This document shows, one piece after another, positions 40,250 through 47,216 of a DNA stretch of 61,201 bases (positions are counted from its first letter, which is position 1; every line of letters begins with the position of its first letter). The stretch is from Nitrospiraceae bacterium. GTDB lineage: Bacteria; Nitrospirota; Nitrospiria; Nitrospirales; Nitrospiraceae. Under the pieces are notes generated by a model. It had not been told where the DNA came from and ran no database searches. It worked only from the letters and a program-made list of their open reading frames with translations. The position numbers and the translations under genes are program-made. The stretch is taken from the NCBI GenBank assembly GCA_037443165.1, contig JBBIOW010000001.1:2779-63979 (forward strand), given 5' to 3'.

Positions 40250-41150
40250 TAACACAATGTGCACAATGTAGCATACAAGTGTTTTCGTGATGTGCCGGCG
40301 TCCCTCAACAGATACCAGCCAAAGCCTCCCCGATGACCGAGGGGTTCGGACCCCAGCAGCAAACTCCTGCCATCACCAACTATCGGGGTAAGTCGGATAG
40401 GAGGAGCCCGTCGCCGAGCCCTTCCCTCCTCAGAATCGGACGTGAGCGTTCCCCTCATCCGCCTCAAGCCATATGACGCCCATCGCGCCGCTCGGGAAAT
40501 CCGTCGGTGCAGGGTTCTCACGATCCCTCGATGTCGCCGCCAGGTGATCGTGCTCCACGAGGAGCCGGCGGGTCGGGGATCGTGGTGATGGTCACATCGG
40601 CGTCGTGCGCCTCCAATGTTGTCCATCACTTCGATCCCTCCTTTCGTCGTCTTTTCCTACACGACCTGCGGGACGTTAGCTCCCTTTCGGGCGCGTCATG
40701 TGACGCTATCCGACCCATTACAGGCCGGCTTTCGCTTCTTCCCGCCTCCTGTGCCCGCTTGACTTGCAGTCCTTCCTTGCGAACGACCTTCTCCGTTGCC
40801 GGAGAGTTAGTCGGGGTTATCACGTTCCAACCAGTGAAGATGCGATCCGTCCGGTGGCCGCCTATTCCCCGGGGAAGCTTGATCCCGTTGGTAAACGGAT
40901 CACCCACCCGTTTACCTCTTGCTCCCTTGCCGTTTTGGCCAGAGTGTTGAACCGGCGCGTAGAGTCGCCACCGATCAGCTACCTTTCACTCTTCGGATGT
41001 CACGAGGTTTATCAGCGGTTCACCCTCTGGTTCCACCTGCTGGATCTTTCCCTAGCCCCATAGCCGGGTTGTAGCTACCCAGCCCAGGTACATTTCCAAG
41101 AGCTTCAGACCCGAGGATTACTCCCCACGCCAGCCCTGGATGGGAACATC
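40250..41150 (-). ncRNA. candidate large structured RNA (possibly a group II intron 5' remnant); speculative
   Basis: About 0.9 kb with no protein-like ORF in any frame. The minus strand is purine-rich with GNRA-capped hairpins (40791-40804 CUCCG-GCAA-CGGAG; 40682-40691 CCC-GAAA-GGG; 40893-40913). It ends in aaaggaggg-N8-gtgatg, like an intron domain IV ORF start. Confidence 0.25.
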
Positions 41151-41169
41151 CAAACGGGATGGGATGGTC

Positions 41170-41481
41170 GATTCGTCGACACTTCAACTGGTTAGCTTCG
41201 CGCAGCAAGAACCGTCTCAGCGTGGTGGGATCGGGGTACGTCGGCAAGCCGATCCGGTAGCGAAAGACCCCGTTGGCCTGCAGGCGCGCGGTGGTCTCGA
41301 TGCGCTCGAGACCCAGGATCATGGGGTAGAGAATCGCGCGCAACAACTCGCCCACGGTGTAGCGATTGTTTCGCTGAGCGAAGGCGACCTCCTTGGCGAC
41401 TGCCGCCTTGAAGCCAAGGCGGGTCAGGAAGCGGTGCAGCAGGTACACACCTGCCGAACTGGGGGAGACCATGCGCGCCAA
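41170..41481 (-). pseudogene. IS1380-like transposase, N-terminal stub
   Basis: GVYLLHRFLTRLGF...QRNNRYTVGELLRAILYPMILGLERIETTARLQANGVFRYRIGLPTYPDPTTLRRFL resembles IS1380-family transposase N-termini. No continuation is found in any frame. Confidence 0.55.
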
Positions 41482-41750
41482 ATCCGATGGTCAGTCTTCT
41501 GGGTCCTTTTGGACATCGGAATGAACCCTACCTAAGGCAGCACTCATTCAGAGGCGTCAAGATGCCCCTCAGGCGCATTGGCTGCGGCCTAAAACGTGTC
41601 CGATGTCGATATCGACGCCGGTTTGGGTTCAATGCGTTGGACTGGAATCAGAGGAAGAGCGTTCGAGCCCGGATGCGCGGCATGCGATCAGGCTCTACAA
41701 GGAGAGACACACGAGGTTCTTGCTCTGGTAGTGCCATCCGAAGGATAGCC

Positions 41751-42065
41751 TGGCGCACCTGGCAACAAGCCGCCCGCGAACGGTATCGTGTCCGCGGCAC
41801 GGTGGATTTTCTCTGCGAGGCGACTCCCGGCGCCGGCAAGACCGCCTGGACGCTCGGGATTGCCCGCGACTGGCTGCACGAGCGTCAGGTGCAACACCTG
41901 GTGATCGTCTGCCGACCGCCCATCTCTGCCGGCAATGGGCCGCCGCCGGTGCCCGGCTGAACCTGGCCCTGGATCCGGAGCCCGCCGAGGGCCGGGAAGG
42001 CCCTGACTTCCACGGCGCCGTGCTCACGTACCAGCAAGTGGCCGCTCAGCCCCACCCGCGTCAAT
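41751..42065 (+). pseudogene. superfamily-2 helicase fragment (frameshifted)
   Basis: Walker A EATPGAGKT, followed after a frameshift near 41915 by PTAHLCRQWAAA...DFHGAVLTYQQVA. Confidence 0.5.
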
Positions 42066-42175
42066 CGCCGCATGGCCTTTTTGCTGCACGGCTATCGACT
42101 GGGGTTGCAGGCGCAGCCCCCGCTGGTGACCGCCTGCCGGCCTGGACCAAGCTCCAGGAAGCGCCGCCGCGCAGC

Positions 42176-42820
42176 GGCTTTATCACGTGGGACGACTTCG
42201 TCCGGGTACGCGCCGCCTTGCCGCCACATGCCCGAATTCTGGTCACGATCGCCTACTGGCTGGGAACCCGCATGGGGGAAACGCTGCGACTCACGTGGCG
42301 CCAGGTCCGCTTCGATCACGCGCAGCGACTCGTGGACATTCAGTTGGACGCCCAGGACACCAAAACCAAGGAGGCCCGGCGCGCGTTGCTCGGCGGAGAT
42401 CTGTATGAGGTGCTCTGGGCCTGGGCGCAGACCATCCGGCCCCTGCAGACCCCCTGGGTGTGCCATTATCATGGCCGCTGACTGACAACTCCTCGCACCA
42501 GCTGGTATACTGCGTGCGTCAAGACGGGCTTGGGCCGGTTCGAGCAGCCCGAGGCCCGCGACATCAGCTTGCGCCGGTATCGGGGACTCTTGCTACACGA
42601 TCTGCGCTGGACCGCGGTGTCGCGCATGGAAGCGGCGGGCATTCCGTGGAAGATTGCTATGGCCATTTCCGAACATAAAACCGATTCGGTCTATCGCCGC
42701 TACCACAGCTACCACATCGTGAGCCAACAGGATCTGCTGCAAGCCGGCCAGCGCCTCCTGGCCTGGCACCACACGACTGAGTCTCGGAGTGAACAGTTCC
42801 GAACCATTCTCCATGAATAA
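42176..42820 (+). pseudogene. tyrosine recombinase/integrase, N-terminally truncated and frameshifted
   Basis: YWLGTRMGETLRLTWRQV (Arg box) lies in frame with the helicase remnant. After a frameshift near 42480-42530 comes LLHDLRWTAVSRMEAAGIP...ISEHKT.SVYRRYH (His/Arg/Tyr boxes). Ends 27 nt before the tRNA. Confidence 0.65.
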
Positions 42821-42847
42821 CGCTCTAACCTATTGATTTTCTGGTGA

Positions 42848-42923
42848 GCTGGCGTAGCTCAATCGGCAGAGCAGCGGTTTTGTAAACCGCCGGTTGGAGG
42901 TTCGATTCCTCTCGCCAGCTCCA
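42848..42923 (+). tRNA. tRNA-Thr (anticodon UGU), CCA encoded
   Basis: Manual fold: acceptor GCTGGCG/CGCCAGC; D arm GCTC-AATCGGCA-GAGC; anticodon arm GCGGT-TTTGTAA-ACCGC; T arm GGAGG-TTCGATT-CCTCT; discriminator T then CCA. Confidence 0.9.
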
Positions 42924-43020
42924 CACCATTCCGTAGCCGCTTCACCCGGCGTCGATCTGCAGCAGCCCTGCTCTTCCATTCCAACTCCTGCTGCACGCCT
43001 TCTTGTGCACGGATCTGCTT

Positions 43021-43131
43021 TGAAAATGCGGGTCCTGTCACCGACCAGCCCGTCCGTGCTCGCACCCCGCCCGGTGTAGGGACCCCGCTGCGCGCGGCTG
43101 GGCGCCCAGGTCGGTGCCACCCGCATTTTCA
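43021..43131. repeat. imperfect inverted repeat flanking a 62-nt spacer
   Basis: tgaaaatgcgggtcctgtcaccgacc (43021-43046) versus ggtcggtgccacccgcattttca (43109-43131). The 13-nt and 8-nt blocks are perfectly complementary. Confidence 0.7.
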
Positions 43132-43168
43132 TGCTGCAGGGTGAGCGCCTGGCGCTCATGAGGACTGC

Positions 43169-43421
43169 TTTGAAAATGCCCCCACACCCTCGAGAGGGAG
43201 AGAAAACCCGTTTCCCCTTGTATCTTTCTCTCTGCCCGCTAAGATGCCGGGCATTGCGATGAGGAGGTGATAGACCGATGCCCCTTGGGTCCAGGAAGAT
43301 CGTGGGAGAGCCGGGTCGTCACCTCCTCGCCTCCCGAAGCTCGGACAGTGGCCTGGGCCCTGAGGTGCCCGCATCCTGCAAGGTCGAGCGTGCCGGAGAC
43401 TTCACCATCAAAGGAGGTCCT
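43169..43421 (+). ncRNA. candidate IS110 bridge RNA region (non-coding left end)
   Basis: About 250 nt of non-coding sequence upstream of the transposase versus about 22 nt downstream. Extended hairpin gaggaggtga (43261-43270) / tcacctcctc (43319-43328) with a 48-nt interior. Confidence 0.35.
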
Positions 43422-44576
43422 ATGACCGTCTCGTCGATTTTTGTCGGCATTGACATCTCGAAAGCGCAGCTGGACATCGCCCAGCGCCCCTCCGCGTCGC
43501 GGCCGGTGCTGCCCCACACCGACACGGGCATCGCCACGCTGGTCGAGCAGCTGCGTCGGCTCAGGCCCGTGGCCATCGGGCTGGAAGCCCCCGGCGGCGT
43601 GGAAGTGCTGCTCGTCACGGCGTTGGCCACTGCGGGGCTGTCGGTCCGCGTGGTCAATCCCCGCCAGATGCGCGCTTTTGCCAAAGCCACGGGGCAGTTG
43701 GCGAAGACGGACCCCATTGACGCGCAGGGGCTGGCCCACTTTGCCGAGGCCGTGCGGCCCACGCCCCGGCCGTTGCCGGATGCCGCCACACAGGCCCTCA
43801 GCGCCCGGCTGACCCGGCGGCGCCAACTGCTGGAGCGGTGAACGGCGGAGCAGAACCGCCTGAGCCGTGCGGCCCCGGCCATTCGCCGCCAGATCCAGAC
43901 GCCTGGACGCTGGCTGGACCGCCAACTGGCCGAGCTGGAGAAGGACCTGACCCAGCGGATCCGCACCACCCCCATCTGGCGCGAGCGGGAAGATCTGCTG
44001 CACAGTGCGCCAGCGGGGGGTCCCGTGCTGAGCCGCACCCTGCTGGCTGACGTGCCGGAGTTGGGCCAGCTGACCCGCCAGCCGATGGCCGCCGTGATTG
44101 GCGGGGCCCCGCCCCCGCGCGGCCGCGGCACGCTGCGGGGCAAGCGAACGATCTGGGGCGGCCGCGCCCATGGCCGGGCCGTCCTGTACATGGCGTCAGG
44201 GGTGGCCACCCGCTGGAATCCGGTCATCCGCGGGTTCTACAACCGCCTGCGCGCCGCCGGGAAGGCCAAGAAGGTTGCCCTGGTTGCGTGCATGCGGAAG
44301 CTGCTGACGATTCTCAACGCGATGGTGAAGCATGAGACTCCGTGGCGAGAGGAGCCGTCGGCCGGGGCCGCCACCTCGTCTGCGGGGCCGTATAGATCAG
44401 ACACCTCGTCGATCGTCGTTCCTAGGGCCCATACGTGCGTCATCGTTTCGTCACGTCATGCGGAAAATCCAAAGAGCCCCTTGACATCCAAGACAGTTGC
44501 TCTCCCCGGGTACCCATTGCTCTTCACGATGCAATGGGTGATGGAGAGGGGAAGGGTGAGGGACGACTTAGGGTGA
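43422..44576 (+). pseudogene. IS110-family (DEDD) transposase interrupted by one in-frame TGA
   Basis: VGIDISKAQLD, IGLEAPGG, NPRQMRAFA...KTDPIDA, and C-terminal SAPAGGPVLSRTLLADVPELG...GGRAHGRAVLYMA...VALVACMRKLL. Track ORFs 43278-43841 and 44025-44576 share one frame, and the only stop between them is TGA 43839-43841. Confidence 0.8.
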
Positions 44577-44830
44577 GCCGAAGGCTCATGAGGACTGCGC
44601 AAAGCAATGTCCTGCCCGCGCCGCCGTTAGCATGATGACCGAACGCTGGGAGACTTCGTGCCGTCTCATGGCCGGACCGAGTGCCGTTCTTCGCGACCGA
44701 CAAGGGGGTCGCTTACCAAAGGGTTCTGGAGGCTTTCTCTCGGGGCACGACCGAGGCCTTGTCGTCGAGTCGATTCCCGCCTTTTGCTCGTGTCCAAAAG
44801 AAATTTAGCACGTGGATTTGCATGCTATGG

Positions 44831-44874
44831 AAAAGATCCCGCCCTTTTTTTTGAGACCCTCGACCCCTTTGGGG
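44831..44874. repeat. copy of a roughly 45-nt intergenic repeat shared with 51060-51100
   Basis: aaaagatcccgcccttttttttgagaccctcgacccctttgggg compared with aaagactcccgcccctttttcttcgtcttcgaccccttttt. Confidence 0.5.
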
Positions 44875-44964
44875 ACGTACTTGCAGAGAGACGACTGATG
44901 CGCTCGCCTATATGGTCTTGCTCCACCGAACAACAGCCATCCGATCAGCAGACCGGACCTCACG

Positions 44965-46344
44965 TCAAAACGTGGCCCGCAATTCGGCGAAGAAGGCGGA
45001 GGTCGGCTGGAGGCGGCCGAAGAAGGAATTGCGCTGGCCCGTGAACACATCCCATCCGATGAACCCCTTCCAGACATCGGTGAAGGCATAGGCGAGCGAC
45101 GGCCGCACGAACACATCGCCGCGATTGGCGTTCCACACGCCCAGCACCTCACTCTCCAACGTTTGATGCCACCAGGCGGCCTTGATACGTCCGGTCAGCC
45201 CGAATTGGTATCGGTCGAGCTGCTGATTGAACGTGGCGTTCTGCACGGAGGCGAAGCGGACGACCGGATCCGAAATGGCGAAGGGATCGCGGTAGTTCAC
45301 GATCGTCCGTTGATAGACTTGAAGGTTCACGTTCAGGTCTTCAGCGAGATCCCGATCCGCACCGAGCACGGCGAAGAGGAACGGCTTCTTGATGAAGGGA
45401 TCGACTCCCGAGGCATTTTGCGTGTGGGTATAGGCCACTTCGCCCCGCACGCCATAGCGCCCCACCGTACGCGCAAAGTCGGCCCCCACCACCTGGATGC
45501 GGGTGTGGCGCAGCTCGATCCGGGTGGGACTCAGCGGCACGCCGATCGGATTGACATCCAGACCTGCGTAATAACTCACCGACCAGTCCAAATCCCCACC
45601 CGTCTGGTCGAGCTTCAAGGCCAACGCTTGATAGGTGAACGCACCCGAATCGCGTTTGTCCTCGGTGATGGTCAGTCCCGGCGGCGCGGTGAGGGGGATC
45701 GTGCTGGGGTTGAAGAGCGGAATCCAGATGGCCGACAGGGTATAGGTGCCTCGATAGACATTGGCCTTGATTGCATAACTGCCGATGCGCCGTTCTTCTT
45801 CGTCCTTGGCCGAAAGCAGCGTGAAATCCTTCGGCGTCAGGTTGTCCGTCGGGTTGAGCGCATCGGCGCGCCCCCAGGTGATAATCTGTTTGCCGACCCG
45901 AACATCGAGCGAGGGACCGTAGAAGTTGAGATACCCCTCGAGGAGTCTGGCCTGGGCGCCACCGGTACGGCGGAGATCCTGGTCTGTGATCCGGGCTTCG
46001 ACCTTGCCGTCGCCCCACGAGCCGAACTTCGGCAGCGCCTTCGGCTGAAATGTGAGGCCCGGCAGACTGTGGGTGTCGTCCAAGCGCTTGGAACCGGAGT
46101 AATAATCGGCCCGGACGAAGCCGCCGAGGCCGGCCCGACCGAGCCACCCGTTGGTGGAGGCAGGCGGGGGAAAATCATCCGGCAAACCTTGGTCGGTCGT
46201 GGCAGCTTGCGCCGGAGAATCGGCCGGCCCTGCCTCAGCCGACCGACTGGACGAGTCAACAGCCGAAAGGGCCGGCTCGAACGCGAGGAGGAAACCGGCT
46301 ATCGAACCCGCGACTGCAAGCGCTGGACCGAGATGCCTGCTCAC
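44965..46344 (-). CDS. outer-membrane beta-barrel protein (DUF1302-like partner of the RND/LolA-like pair)
   Basis: Signal-like N-terminus, motifs VRVGKQIITWGRADALNPTD and YYAGLD, and a terminal aromatic ...FAELRATF. Confidence 0.65.
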   Translation of the reverse strand: MSRHLGPALAVAGSIAGFLLAFEPALSAVDSSSRSAEAGPADSPAQAATTDQGLPDDFPPPASTNGWLGRAGLGGFVRADYYSGSKRLDDTHSLPGLTFQPKALPKFGSWGDGKVEARITDQDLRRTGGAQARLLEGYLNFYGPSLDVRVGKQIITWGRADALNPTDNLTPKDFTLLSAKDEEERRIGSYAIKANVYRGTYTLSAIWIPLFNPSTIPLTAPPGLTITEDKRDSGAFTYQALALKLDQTGGDLDWSVSYYAGLDVNPIGVPLSPTRIELRHTRIQVVGADFARTVGRYGVRGEVAYTHTQNASGVDPFIKKPFLFAVLGADRDLAEDLNVNLQVYQRTIVNYRDPFAISDPVVRFASVQNATFNQQLDRYQFGLTGRIKAAWWHQTLESEVLGVWNANRGDVFVRPSLAYAFTDVWKGFIGWDVFTGQRNSFFGRLQPTSAFFAELRATF

Positions 46345-46390
46345 GAAGGGTCAGGCTCCGCCGCTTGCGCCACTGCACGCCTCATGTGAT

Positions 46391-47191
46391 CTATTTTTCC
46401 CGCTCCAAGTACCGTGTCGTGAAGAACTCATCGGACACGGGGGTCGTCGCATCGAGCTTCTCGAAGGTGATGACGGTGCGATGGCCGGTCTGATGATTGA
46501 CCACCTCGCGCCGGAGCGCCCACCACTTGTGGGCGGCGGGATCGACTTCCGCCACATCGGGAACCGTTTGGGTCTTCAGCAGCCGACCCGTGACGTCGTA
46601 GTAGTCGACCTTTTTCTCCATGAAGTTGGCCTTGCGAATCCACGCGACCTTCTTCGCGTAGCCATAGTCCTTCTTGACCTGCTCGGTCGCCGGCACCGAT
46701 TCGATGACGTAGCAGTCTTCGCCGTCGAGTGCCTCGGTTTTGAGAAGCGTGTGGGTATAGGTGTCCACGACGGGCAATAGGATATCGCCGTAAGAGAAAT
46801 CCGAGCCGACGAAACTGTCTTTCTTGTTGCTCGCCACGAGCCGCCGCACTTTCTTGAGCGCGGGCAGGTAGATCCACATGTCGTCGTCACCATCGTAATG
46901 CTGCACTTGCAGGTAGCCCGTACCTTCGATGTCACCGGGCCGGAGAAAGCGGATCATCAGCTTGCTGTCGATGCCGTTCGGCTGGAGCAACGACACGCTC
47001 CGCGATTGGCGCACCCGCTGCTGGCCCTTGTCGTTGATCAACGTCATCGTGCTCTCGTTGTGCAGATACTTGATCTTAGTGACATAAAAATTCTTCTCCA
47101 TGATCTCGCGGGCAGTCAGCTCCGCTGCGTGAGTCACTCCCGCCCACGCGCACAGAGAAAGACAGCCGGCCACGACGATGCCTCGCTTCAT
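46391..47191 (-). CDS. LolA-like outer-membrane lipoprotein-sorting family protein (DUF1329/LolA_like)
   Basis: Signal peptide MKRGIVVAGCLSLCAWAGVTHA. DMWIYLPALKKVRRL...SFVGSDFSYGD motif. SD taaggagga is upstream; the track ORF extends to 47293. Confidence 0.75.
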   Translation of the reverse strand: MKRGIVVAGCLSLCAWAGVTHAAELTAREIMEKNFYVTKIKYLHNESTMTLINDKGQQRVRQSRSVSLLQPNGIDSKLMIRFLRPGDIEGTGYLQVQHYDGDDDMWIYLPALKKVRRLVASNKKDSFVGSDFSYGDILLPVVDTYTHTLLKTEALDGEDCYVIESVPATEQVKKDYGYAKKVAWIRKANFMEKKVDYYDVTGRLLKTQTVPDVAEVDPAAHKWWALRREVVNHQTGHRTVITFEKLDATTPVSDEFFTTRYLEREK

Positions 47192-47216
47192 ATTCCAGTC
47201 CTCCTTACGTTCAGAC

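Larger units (their letters stand above)
39168..42847. mobile_element. decayed integrative element inserted at tRNA-Thr
   Basis: Bounded by the tRNA half-repeat and the intact tRNA. Contains a TA pair, an IS1380-like transposase stub, a helicase stub and a frameshifted tyrosine recombinase adjacent to the tRNA. Confidence 0.65.
43154..44598 (+). mobile_element. IS110-family insertion sequence (about 1.43 kb)
   Basis: A 15-nt direct repeat gctcatgaggactgc occurs at 43154-43168 and 44584-44598, 1430 bp apart. It brackets a DEDD-type transposase frame. No terminal inverted repeats, as expected for IS110. Confidence 0.75.

Noticed and set aside
40597-40603. GTGCGCC on the plus strand as a group II intron 5' splice-site consensus
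   Set aside because: The plus strand here is pyrimidine-rich and lacks GNRA-type hairpins, and the RNA-like features are on the minus strand. The match is a 7-mer expected by chance in GC-rich DNA.
43839-43841. In-frame TGA of the IS110 transposase read as selenocysteine or programmed recoding
   Set aside because: I could not see a SECIS-like hairpin immediately downstream, and DEDD transposases are not known selenoproteins. A nonsense mutation is the simpler reading. Low-level read-through cannot be excluded from sequence alone.
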